Below, piece after piece: positions 1 to 8,273 of a stretch of DNA of 42,797 nucleotides (the first letter of the stretch is position 1; each line of letters opens with the position of its first letter). The stretch spans positions 1-42,797 of the forward strand of contig CALMEG010000148.1 in NCBI GenBank assembly GCA_937863185.1, given 5' to 3'. The translations under genes were made by a program, and so were the position numbers. The notes below the pieces were generated by a model, which was given only the letters and a program-made list of their open reading frames with translations, was not told the DNA's origin and did not search any database. The DNA is from an uncultured Rhodobacteraceae bacterium (lineage in GTDB: Bacteria > Pseudomonadota > Alphaproteobacteria > Rhodobacterales > Rhodobacteraceae).

Positions 1-340
<340 letters not shown>

Positions 341-461
341 CTTGTGGCTCTCCCTTGTCGTTGGGATCAGCCTGCCACCGGGGCGGAAGAGAAGGGGGCC
401 AAAGATGGGCTGCGGGGCGCGGTGTTCGGGCTATGGCGGCGGGGTTGGATAGAGACTCTCT

Positions 462-935
462 CTAGCCGCCCAGCAGCGCCACCGGCACGGGGGCGTCGTC
501 CTTCACCGTGCGGGTGACGATATAGGTGAAGTAGCGGTCGATCCCGATATCCTCGGCCAGCATCTCGTCGACCAGGCGCTGATAGCTGTCGATGTCGCGC
601 GCGAGGATCTTGAGGAAATAGTCCACGCCGCCGCCGACCGACCAGCAGGCCTGCACCTCGGGGCGGGCGTTCGCCGCGCGCTCGAAGCGTTCGAAATCGG
701 TCTGGCGGTGATTGGCCAGCGTCACCTCCATGATCACGGTTGCGATCGGCGCGACGCGGCGGGGCGCAAGGCGCGCGTGATAGCCCGCGATGATGCCCGC
801 CTGTTCCAGCTTGCGCAGCCGCAGCCAGCACGGCGTGGGCGAAAGCCCCGCCAGTTCGGCCAGCCGGAGTTTCGTGATCCGGCCGTCACGCTGCACAGCC
901 TCGAGGATGCGCAGGTCGATGGAGTCGAGTTTCAT
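462..935 (-). CDS. Lrp/AsnC-family transcriptional regulator (DoeX/AsnC-like, ectoine-cluster associated)
   Basis: The ORF is 462..1043. The plausible start is M37 (MKLDSIDLRILEAVQRDGRITKLRLAELAGLSPTPCWLRLRKLEQAGII), which is the AsnC-type HTH, followed by an RAM/ligand domain. The upstream extension has non-coding-like composition. Confidence 0.85.
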   Translation of the reverse strand: MKLDSIDLRILEAVQRDGRITKLRLAELAGLSPTPCWLRLRKLEQAGIIAGYHARLAPRRVAPIATVIMEVTLANHRQTDFERFERAANARPEVQACWSVGGGVDYFLKILARDIDSYQRLVDEMLAEDIGIDRYFTYIVTRTVKDDAPVPVALLGG

Positions 936-1008
936 GGATGCCCGTCCGATCGGCATTGCGGCAAATTGGTAATTGTAAAATGACCTGATATTGAGCAGAT
1001 TTGCAATC
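936..1008. promoter_or_regulatory. AT-rich divergent control region between the asnC-type gene and the enuR-like gene
   Basis: A locally AT-rich 73-bp spacer (attgcggcaaattggtaattgtaaaatgacctgatattgagcagatttgcaatc) in otherwise GC-rich DNA. The element ATCATGACAA (1006-1015) overlaps the enuR start codon. Confidence 0.5.
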
Positions 1009-2394
1009 ATGACAAATTGGCGTCCAGATCCAGCGCTTCTCAACCGTCCGGCCTATCTGTCGCTGGCCGAGCAATTCGCGCGCGGAATCGAATCGGGCGC
1101 GCTTGGGGCGGGCGCGCGCCTGCCGCCGCATCGCAGGCTTGCCGACGATCTGGGCCTGTCGGTGCAAACCGTCAGCCGCGCCTATGAAGAGCTGATTCGC
1201 CGCGGCCTGGTCAGCGGAGAGATCGGGCGCGGCTCTTTCGTGCTGGGTTCGGGGCAGGAGGCGCGCCAGCCCTACCTGCCCGAGCGCCCCGGCGAGGTGA
1301 TCGACCTGTCGATCCTGAAGCCCGCCGTGGGGCCCCTGCACACCGCCCGGATGCGCGAGGGGTTTGCCTGGCTGGCCGAGAACCTGTCGCCCGCCGCGGC
1401 GTTGTCTTTCCGGCCGAATACGGTCATGCCGCGCCACCGCGCCGTCGCGGCCGAATGGCTGGCCCGTGGCGGGATCGCGGCAGAGCCGTCGGCCATTGCC
1501 ATCACCAACGGCGCCACCCCCGCGATCACCGCCGCCCTGATGAGCGTGGTGCCGCCCGGTTCGGGCCTTGCGGCCGAGGCGCTGACCCATCACATGCTGA
1601 TGCCGCTTTGCGGCTATCTGGGGATCCATCTTGAGGGTATCGCCATCGACGACCAGGGAATGCGGCCCGAGGCGTTGGATGAGGTTGCGCGCAAGGGCAT
1701 GATAAGATGCGTTTATTTGCAACCCTCGGTGATCAATCCGCTGGCCTCCCTGATGGGGGGCGAACGCCGCGCGGCGCTGGTCGAGGTGGCGCGGCGCCAT
1801 GACCTTGCGATCATCGAGAACGATATCCTGAACGAGCTGATCGAAGACCGCCCCGCACCGATCGCGGCCCTCGCGCCCGAACGGACGCTGCATATCAACG
1901 GTTTCACCAAGATTACCGTGCCGGGGCTGCGGCTGGCCTATCTTTCGGCGCCCGCGCGCCATGCCACGGCGGTGGCCAACCGTCACCTCGTGGCGAACTG
2001 GATGGCGACCGCGCCGATGGTCGAACTGCTGGATCACTGGATCGCGGATGGCACGGTGGACCAGCTGATCGCCGTGCAGCGCGCGGCCCTTGCCGAACGC
2101 CATGCGATCTGCCGCGAGATCCTGCCCGGCGCCACGCAGGGCCTTCATCCGCAGGCCCTGCACATGTGGTTGCGCCTGCCCGAGAACTGGAGCGAAGAGG
2201 CCTTCGTCGCCCAGGCGCGCCGGCGCGGCGTGGCCATCGCCGCCGGAAGCGCCTTCCGCGCAACCGAAAAGGGGCGGCACGAGGCGGTGCGGATCTCGCT
2301 TGGCTCTACGTCGTCGGAAGAGCTGCGCCACGGATTGCGGATCGTGGCGGGGGTTCTGCACGAGGAACCCGAGGTCCTGCTGCCCGCGATCTGA
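1009..2394 (+). CDS. enuR: MocR/GabR-type GntR-family regulator with PLP-dependent aminotransferase-like domain (EnuR-like)
   Basis: N-terminal winged HTH (LPPHRRLADDLGLSVQTVSRAYEELIRRGLV) plus a roughly 350-aa aminotransferase class I fold domain. It lies directly upstream of ehuABCD-eut. The ATG at 1009 is preferred over the TTG at 991. Confidence 0.8.
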   Translation: MTNWRPDPALLNRPAYLSLAEQFARGIESGALGAGARLPPHRRLADDLGLSVQTVSRAYEELIRRGLVSGEIGRGSFVLGSGQEARQPYLPERPGEVIDLSILKPAVGPLHTARMREGFAWLAENLSPAAALSFRPNTVMPRHRAVAAEWLARGGIAAEPSAIAITNGATPAITAALMSVVPPGSGLAAEALTHHMLMPLCGYLGIHLEGIAIDDQGMRPEALDEVARKGMIRCVYLQPSVINPLASLMGGERRAALVEVARRHDLAIIENDILNELIEDRPAPIAALAPERTLHINGFTKITVPGLRLAYLSAPARHATAVANRHLVANWMATAPMVELLDHWIADGTVDQLIAVQRAALAERHAICREILPGATQGLHPQALHMWLRLPENWSEEAFVAQARRRGVAIAAGSAFRATEKGRHEAVRISLGSTSSEELRHGLRIVAGVLHEEPEVLLPAI

Positions 2395-2407
2395 CTTGCT
2401 TTCAGAA

Positions 2408-2443
2408 AAATTGTCATGATATTATTTACCAAATTGACATGAT
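2408..2443 (+). promoter_or_regulatory. Two direct 13-mer repeats (AAATTGTCATGAT / AAATTGACATGAT) with embedded sigma70-like hexamers; candidate ehuA promoter/operator
   Basis: The repeats are at 2408-2420 and 2431-2443, with starts 23 bp apart and 12/13 identity. TTGACA lies at 2434-2439. An alternative promoter is TTGCTT (2396-2401), an 18-nt spacer, then TATTAT (2420-2425). The region is an AT-rich island 50-90 bp upstream of ehuA. Confidence 0.55.
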
Positions 2444-2490
2444 TTGTCGCCCGGTCAATTCTGTGCCCGTCCAGCCTTGGGGGAACGAAA

Positions 2491-3276
2491 TTGAGCGCGC
2501 CGATCATCCGCATCGATAATCTCGACAAGTCATTCGGAACGCTGAAGGTCCTGAACGGGCTCAGCTTCGATGTGATGCCGGGCGAGAAGCTGGCGCTGAT
2601 CGGGCCGTCGGGCTCGGGTAAGACCACGATCCTGCGCATCCTGATGACGCTGGAAACCATCAGCGGCGGGCATATCGAGGTTTGCGGAGAGCAGCTTTAC
2701 CACATGCAGAAGGGCGGGCGCGAAGTGCCTGCGGACGAAGCCCACCTGCACAAGATGCGCGCCCATATCGGCATGGTGTTTCAGCACTTCAACCTGTTTC
2801 CCCACAAATCGGTGCTCGACAACATCACGCTGGCGCCGATCCTGACCAAGGGCGAGCCGAGGGCCAAGGCCGAGGCGCGCGGCATGGAACTGCTTGAGAT
2901 GGTCGGGCTGGCAGACAAGGCCCGCGCGATGCCGTCGCAGCTTTCGGGCGGGCAGAAGCAGCGCGTGGCGATCGCGCGGGCGCTTGCCTTGCAGCCGCGC
3001 ATCATGCTGTTCGACGAGGTGACCTCGGCGCTGGACCCCGAGCTTGTCGAAGAGGTGCTTCTGGTGATGAAGCGCCTTGCCAGTGAAACCGACATGACGA
3101 TGCTTCTGGTGACGCATGAGATGGGCTTTGCCCATGAATTCGCCGACCGGGTGCTGTTCTTCGACAAGGGCCATATCGTCGAACAGGGCCCGCCGGGGCA
3201 GATCTTCACCAACCCCACGCATGAACGCACCCAGACCTTCCTGCGCAAGATCATCGCAGCCGGTCACCGCGTCTGA
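2491..3276 (+). CDS. ehuA: Ectoine/hydroxyectoine ABC transporter ATP-binding protein
   Basis: Walker A GPSGSGKT, signature LSGGQKQR, Walker B MLFDEVTSALD. It is of the polar-amino-acid ABC ATPase type and is the first gene of the ehuABCD-eut order. It has a TTG start preceded by GGGGGA. Confidence 0.85.
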   Translation: MSAPIIRIDNLDKSFGTLKVLNGLSFDVMPGEKLALIGPSGSGKTTILRILMTLETISGGHIEVCGEQLYHMQKGGREVPADEAHLHKMRAHIGMVFQHFNLFPHKSVLDNITLAPILTKGEPRAKAEARGMELLEMVGLADKARAMPSQLSGGQKQRVAIARALALQPRIMLFDEVTSALDPELVEEVLLVMKRLASETDMTMLLVTHEMGFAHEFADRVLFFDKGHIVEQGPPGQIFTNPTHERTQTFLRKIIAAGHRV

Positions 3277-3305
3277 ACAACCAACACAACAACAGCGAGG
3301 AACCC

Positions 3306-4124
3306 ATGAAAAAACTTCTTCTTACCGTGGCCATCCTGGCGGCGCCGCTGCCCGCCCTGGCCGACAAGCTCGAAGACCTCAAGGCGCAGGGCTTTGCCCG
3401 GATCGCCATCGCCAACGAGCCGCCCTTTACCGCGGTTGCCGCCGATGGCACCGTGTCGGGCGCGGCCCCCGATGTCGCGCGCGAGATCTTCAAGCGCCTC
3501 GGCGTGCCGGAAGTCGTGGCCTCGATCTCGGAATATGGCGCGATGATCCCCGGCCTTCAGGCCCGCCGCCACGACGTGATCACCGCGGGGCTGTTCATGA
3601 AGCCCGAGCGTTGCGCCGCCGTGGCCTATTCCGAGCCGGTCCTGTGCGACGCCGAGGCCTTCCTTCTGCCCAAGGGCAACCCCAAGGGGTTCCAGTCCTA
3701 TGCCGATATCGCGGCCGATCCCGAGGCGACGATCGGCGCGCCCGGCGGCGGCACCGAAGAGAAGCTGGCCCTTGAGGCCGGCGTGCCGCGCGACCGGGTG
3801 ATCGTCGTGCCGGACGGCCAGTCGGGGCTGAAGATGGTGCAGGACGGCCGGATCGATGTCTATTCGCTGCCGGTTCTGTCGATCTCGGACCTGCTGGCGA
3901 AGGCGGGCGATGACAGCCTCGAGATGGTCGCCCCCGTGGTCGGCGCGCCGGTCTATTGCGATGGCGCGGCCTTCAACAAGGACGATACCGCCCTGCGCGA
4001 TGCCTTCGACGTGGAGCTGGCCAAGATGAAGGAATCGGGCGAGTTCGCCGCCATCGTCGAGCCGTATGGCTTCTCGGCCGCGGCGGCCATGTCCACCTCG
4101 CGCGCGGCGCTTTGCGGCGAGTGA
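3306..4124 (+). CDS. ehuB: Ectoine/hydroxyectoine ABC transporter substrate-binding protein
   Basis: Signal peptide MKKLLLTVAILAAPLPALA. It is a family-3 periplasmic binding protein of about 270 aa positioned between ehuA and the permeases. Confidence 0.85.
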   Translation: MKKLLLTVAILAAPLPALADKLEDLKAQGFARIAIANEPPFTAVAADGTVSGAAPDVAREIFKRLGVPEVVASISEYGAMIPGLQARRHDVITAGLFMKPERCAAVAYSEPVLCDAEAFLLPKGNPKGFQSYADIAADPEATIGAPGGGTEEKLALEAGVPRDRVIVVPDGQSGLKMVQDGRIDVYSLPVLSISDLLAKAGDDSLEMVAPVVGAPVYCDGAAFNKDDTALRDAFDVELAKMKESGEFAAIVEPYGFSAAAAMSTSRAALCGE

Positions 4125-4132
4125 TCTGACGG

Positions 4133-4161
4133 GGCGGCCCGGCCGGACCGGGCCGCCTTTT
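4133..4161 (+). terminator. Intrinsic-terminator-like hairpin between ehuB and ehuC
   Basis: GGCGGCCCGG (4133-4142), loop CCGGA, CCGGGCCGCC (4148-4157): a perfect 10-bp all-G:C stem followed by TTTTC. Confidence 0.6.
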
Positions 4162-4189
4162 CACAAATCGAACGGAAAAGCAGAAGAAC

Positions 4190-4846
4190 ATGGGCGACTG
4201 GGGCGGCTATCTTTCCCTTATCCTGCAAGGTGCGCTGGTCACGATAAAGCTGACCGTGCTCGGCTCGGCCCTTGCGCTGGTCATGGCCTTTGTCGCGGGG
4301 CTGGGCCGTGTGTCCCGGTTCGCGGTGCTGCGCGCCCTGGCCACGACCTATATCGAGTTCTTCCGCGGCACCTCGATCTTCGTGCAGTTGTTCTGGGTCT
4401 ATTTCGTGCTGCCCTTCGCGGGCTTCACGCTGACGCCCTTGCAGGCGGGGGTGATGGCGCTGGGGCTGAACGTGGGCGCCTATGGTGCCGAGGTGGTGCG
4501 CGGCGCGATCCTGTCGGTGCCGCGCGATCAGTATGAGGCCTGCATCGCCGTCAACCTGACCCGGTTCCAGCGCATGCGCCATGTGATCCTGCCGCAGGCG
4601 CTGCCCCTGATGCTGCCGACCTTCGGCAACAACGCGATCGAGCTTTTGAAGGCCACCGCGGTGGTTTCGCTGATCTCGCTCAGCGACATGACGTTCCAGG
4701 CGCAGGTGGTAAGGGCGCAGACCGGCAGCACGATGGTGCCCTTCGTCACGATCCTGGTGCTGTATTTCCTGATGTCTCTGGCAATCTCGCGGGGGATCCG
4801 GGCGCTTGAGGCGCGTGTGACCCGTGGTCTGGATGGGGTGAGGTAA
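4190..4846 (+). CDS. ehuC: Ectoine/hydroxyectoine ABC transporter permease
   Basis: 218-aa multi-TM protein of the polar-amino-acid ABC permease type, in operon position after ehuB. Confidence 0.85.
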   Translation: MGDWGGYLSLILQGALVTIKLTVLGSALALVMAFVAGLGRVSRFAVLRALATTYIEFFRGTSIFVQLFWVYFVLPFAGFTLTPLQAGVMALGLNVGAYGAEVVRGAILSVPRDQYEACIAVNLTRFQRMRHVILPQALPLMLPTFGNNAIELLKATAVVSLISLSDMTFQAQVVRAQTGSTMVPFVTILVLYFLMSLAISRGIRALEARVTRGLDGVR

Positions 4847-4849
4847 GCC

Positions 4850-5509
4850 ATGCAATGGGATTGGGCTTTCGTCTGGCAGATCATGCCGACCCTGCTTCAG
4901 GGGCTGAAGCTGACGCTGATCATCACGCTTCTCGCCTCGGTCGTGGCGATGGTGCTGGGCCTTGTCTTTGCGATCCTGCGCCGGTCGTCGGTGCCTGCCG
5001 TGTCGCGCACGACCGGCGCGGTGGTCGAGTTCATTCGCGGCACCCCGCTTCTGGTGCAGCTCTATTTCATCTTCTACGTCCTGCCCGATATCGGTATCCG
5101 CCTGCCCGCGCTTGTGGCCGGGGTGATCGGCATGGGGCTGCACTATGCCACCTATACCGCCGAGGTCTATCGCGGCGGGATCGAGAATGTCGCCAAGGGC
5201 CAGTGGGAGGCCGCGCGCGCCACCAACCTCACGATGCGCCAGACCTGGGTGCATGTGATCATCCCGCAGGCCGTGCCGCCGATGATCCCCGCCCTGGCCA
5301 ACTACCTGATCGCCATGTTCAAGGAAACGCCGCTTCTGTCGGCCATCACCGTGCTTGAGCTGATGAACCAGGCCAAGTCGGTCGCCAATTCCTCTTACCG
5401 CTATATCGAGCCGATGACGCTGGTGGGCGTGTTCTTCCTGATCATGAGCCTGATTTCGGTGGTGCTTCTGCGCGGCCTCGAGGCCCGTTTCGGGAGGCTT
5501 GGAAAATGA
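4850..5509 (+). CDS. ehuD: Ectoine/hydroxyectoine ABC transporter permease
   Basis: 219-aa paralogous permease, 3 nt after ehuC, with RBS GGTGAGG. Confidence 0.85.
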   Translation: MQWDWAFVWQIMPTLLQGLKLTLIITLLASVVAMVLGLVFAILRRSSVPAVSRTTGAVVEFIRGTPLLVQLYFIFYVLPDIGIRLPALVAGVIGMGLHYATYTAEVYRGGIENVAKGQWEAARATNLTMRQTWVHVIIPQAVPPMIPALANYLIAMFKETPLLSAITVLELMNQAKSVANSSYRYIEPMTLVGVFFLIMSLISVVLLRGLEARFGRLGK

Positions 5510-6276
5510 GCCCGCTGCGGATTTCGCCGGTTGCACCGCGCCTTGAGGCGCGCCCTGTCCGCCATCGCATCGGCCTTGTGGCGCTTGCCACCGATCACAC
5601 GACCGAGCCCGATTTCGCGCGCATCCTGTCGCCGCGCGGGATCGGCGTCTATGTCAACCGCGTGCCCTATGCCAACCCCGTCACGCCCGAGACCCTGCGC
5701 GCGATGGAGCCTGCCCTGACCGAGGGCGCGCGCCTGATCCTGCCCGATGAGGCGCTGGACGCCGTGGTTTACGGCTGCACCTCGGCCTCGGTGGTGATCG
5801 GTGAGGGCGCGGTGCGCGATGCGATCCGGCGCGGCAAGCCGGGGGTGCATGTCATCACGCCGGTTTCGGCCACGCTTGCGGGGCTGCGCGCGATGGGCGC
5901 GCGGCGGATCTCGGTGCTGACGCCCTATACGCGGGCCACGTCCGAGCCGATGGCGCGGCTGTTCGAGGAAACGGGGTTCGACCTGGCCCGCTTCACCTGC
6001 CTCGACATGCAGGACGACCGGGAGATGGCGCGGATCGGCCCGGACTCGATCGTGGAGCTTGCGCGGGAAGCCATGGCGCCGGGATCGGAGGCGCTGTTCA
6101 TTTCATGCACGGCGGTGCGCGCGGCGGGCGTGATCGACCGGATCGAGGCGGCAACCGGCGCGCCCGCGATCAGCTCGAACTATGCGGCCGCATGGGCGGT
6201 GCTGCGCCATCTGGGTGACCCGGGGCCGGGCGCGCCCGGCCATCTGATGACCCTTCCGGCAGCAGGTGCGGCATGA
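5506..6276 (+). CDS. eutA: Asp/Glu/hydantoin racemase-like (arylmalonate decarboxylase/maleate isomerase-like) protein, hydroxyectoine utilisation EutA
   Basis: Paired catalytic-Cys motifs VVYGCTSAS and LFISCTAVR. There is a 4-nt ATGA overlap with ehuD. Confidence 0.8.
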   Translation: MSPLRISPVAPRLEARPVRHRIGLVALATDHTTEPDFARILSPRGIGVYVNRVPYANPVTPETLRAMEPALTEGARLILPDEALDAVVYGCTSASVVIGEGAVRDAIRRGKPGVHVITPVSATLAGLRAMGARRISVLTPYTRATSEPMARLFEETGFDLARFTCLDMQDDREMARIGPDSIVELAREAMAPGSEALFISCTAVRAAGVIDRIEAATGAPAISSNYAAAWAVLRHLGDPGPGAPGHLMTLPAAGAA

Positions 6277-7262
6277 GCGCGGGCGTCGATCTTGCCGCGA
6301 TCCGTGCGGCGGCGGCGCGGATCGCGCCCCATATCCGGATCACGCCGGCCATGCCCGACCCGGTGCTGAGCGGTCGGCTGGGCCAGCCTGTCACGCTCAA
6401 GCTTGAACACCGGCAGGAAACCGGCGCATTCAAGCTGCGAGGCGCCACCAACGCGGTGCTGAGCCTGCCCGAAAAGGTGCTTGCGCGCGGGGTGGTGACG
6501 GCCTCGACCGGCAATCACGGGCGGGCCATGGCCCATGCGGCGCGGGCGCGGGGCGCGCGCGCGGTGGTGTGCCTGTCGCGCCTGGTGCCCGCCAACAAGG
6601 TCGCCGCGATCCGCGCCCTTGGCGCCGAGGTGCGGATCGTCGGCGAAAGCCAGGACGCGGCGATGGAAGAGGTCGCCCGCGCGGTCGCGCATGACGGCAT
6701 GGCCGAGATCCCGCCCTTCGATCATCCGGACGTGGTGGCGGGGCAGGGCACGCTCGGGCTGGAAATCGTGGGCCGGTGCCCTGCGGTGGAAACCGTTCTG
6801 GTGCCGCTTTCGGGGGGGGGTCTGGCCGCCGGTGTCGCGGCCGCCGTCAAGGCGCTGCGCCCCGGCGTCCGGGTGATCGGCATCAGCATGGAGCGTGGCG
6901 CGGCCATGGCCGCAAGCCTTGCCGCGGGCCATCCCGTCGCCCTGCGCGAGATGCCGACGCTGGCCGACAGCCTTGGCGGCGGGATCGGCGCCCGGAACGC
7001 GCTGACCTTCGCCATGTGCCGCGCGCTTCTGGACGATGTGGTGCTTCTGAGCGAGGCCGAGATCGCCGAGGGGATCCGCCACATGCACCGCGTCACGGGC
7101 GATGCCGTCGAAGGGGCCGCCGCGGTGGGCGCGGGCGCGCTTCTGGCGGGCAAGGTCGCGCCGGTGGGCGAAACCCTCGTCATCTCGTCGGGCTGCAATA
7201 TCGAGCCCGCCTTGCACGCGCGCATCATGGCCGGTGCCAACAGCCTTGAGGATGCCCCATGA
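6273..7262 (+). CDS. eutB: PLP-dependent threonine-dehydratase-like hydroxyectoine utilisation dehydratase EutB
   Basis: PLP-lysine region ETGAFKLRGA and Gly loop PLSGGGLAAG. There is a 4-nt overlap with eutA. Confidence 0.85.
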   Translation: MSAGVDLAAIRAAAARIAPHIRITPAMPDPVLSGRLGQPVTLKLEHRQETGAFKLRGATNAVLSLPEKVLARGVVTASTGNHGRAMAHAARARGARAVVCLSRLVPANKVAAIRALGAEVRIVGESQDAAMEEVARAVAHDGMAEIPPFDHPDVVAGQGTLGLEIVGRCPAVETVLVPLSGGGLAAGVAAAVKALRPGVRVIGISMERGAAMAASLAAGHPVALREMPTLADSLGGGIGARNALTFAMCRALLDDVVLLSEAEIAEGIRHMHRVTGDAVEGAAAVGAGALLAGKVAPVGETLVISSGCNIEPALHARIMAGANSLEDAP

Positions 7263-8245
7263 GACCGCCGATCACCGTTCTGACCGAGACCGACCTGCGC
7301 GCGCTGATGCCACTTGACGCCGCGGCAGTCGACTGCATCGAGGATGCCTTCCGCGCCCTTGCGACCAAGCCCGTGGCGATGCCGCCGGTCCTGCGGCTGG
7401 ATATTCCCGAGCATCGCGGAGAGGTGGATGTGAAAACGGCCTATATTCCGGGGCTCGACAGTTTTGCGATCAAGATCAGCCCCGGCTTTTTCGGCAACCC
7501 CGCGATCGGCCTGCCCTCGACCAATGGCATGATGGTGGTGCTGTCGGCGCAGACCGGACTGGTGCAGGCGCTGCTTCTGGACAATGGCTATCTGACCGAT
7601 CTGCGCACCGCCGCGGCGGGGGCCGTCGCGGCGCGCCATCTGGCCCGCCCCGATGCGGCGGTGGCCGCCATCCTGGGCGGCGGCATGCAGGCCGAGATGC
7701 AGTTGCGCGCGCTGATGCTGGTGCGTCCGCTGCGCGCGGCGCGGATCTGGGCGCGCGATACGGGGCGGGCGGGGCGGCTTGCGGCGCGGCTTGATCTTGG
7801 GATCCCCGTCATAGCCACGGCCAGCGTCGCCGAGGCGGTGCGCGGCGCCGATGTGATCGTGACCACGACGCCCGCCGAAAAGCCGATCCTGCATGCCGAT
7901 CTGGTCGCGCCGGGCCAGCATGTCACCGCCATGGGCTCGGATGCCGAGCACAAGAACGAGATCGACCCCGCCCTTGTCGCCCGCGCCACCTATGTCGCCG
8001 ACCGCCTGTCGCAGACCCGCCGCCTGGGCGAGCTGCACCACGCCATCGCCGCGGGGCTTGTGGCGCCGGATGCGGTTTTCCCCGAACTGGGCCAGATCGT
8101 GGCCGGGCAGGTGCCGGGGCACACGGATGCCCGCGCCATCACGCTGGCCGACCTGACCGGGACGGGCATTCAGGATACCGCCATTGCGGCACTGGCGCTT
8201 GCGCGCGCGCAGGCCGCAGGGGCGGGGCAAACGTTCAACATGTGA
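7259..8245 (+). CDS. eutC: Ornithine cyclodeaminase/mu-crystallin-family protein EutC
   Basis: 328 aa, dinucleotide-binding ILGGGMQA, OCD-family N-terminus. There is a 4-nt overlap with eutB. Confidence 0.85.
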   Translation: MRPPITVLTETDLRALMPLDAAAVDCIEDAFRALATKPVAMPPVLRLDIPEHRGEVDVKTAYIPGLDSFAIKISPGFFGNPAIGLPSTNGMMVVLSAQTGLVQALLLDNGYLTDLRTAAAGAVAARHLARPDAAVAAILGGGMQAEMQLRALMLVRPLRAARIWARDTGRAGRLAARLDLGIPVIATASVAEAVRGADVIVTTTPAEKPILHADLVAPGQHVTAMGSDAEHKNEIDPALVARATYVADRLSQTRRLGELHHAIAAGLVAPDAVFPELGQIVAGQVPGHTDARAITLADLTGTGIQDTAIAALALARAQAAGAGQTFNM

Positions 8246-8273
8246 CGGGCATCGCCCCCAGGAGGCATCGGAA

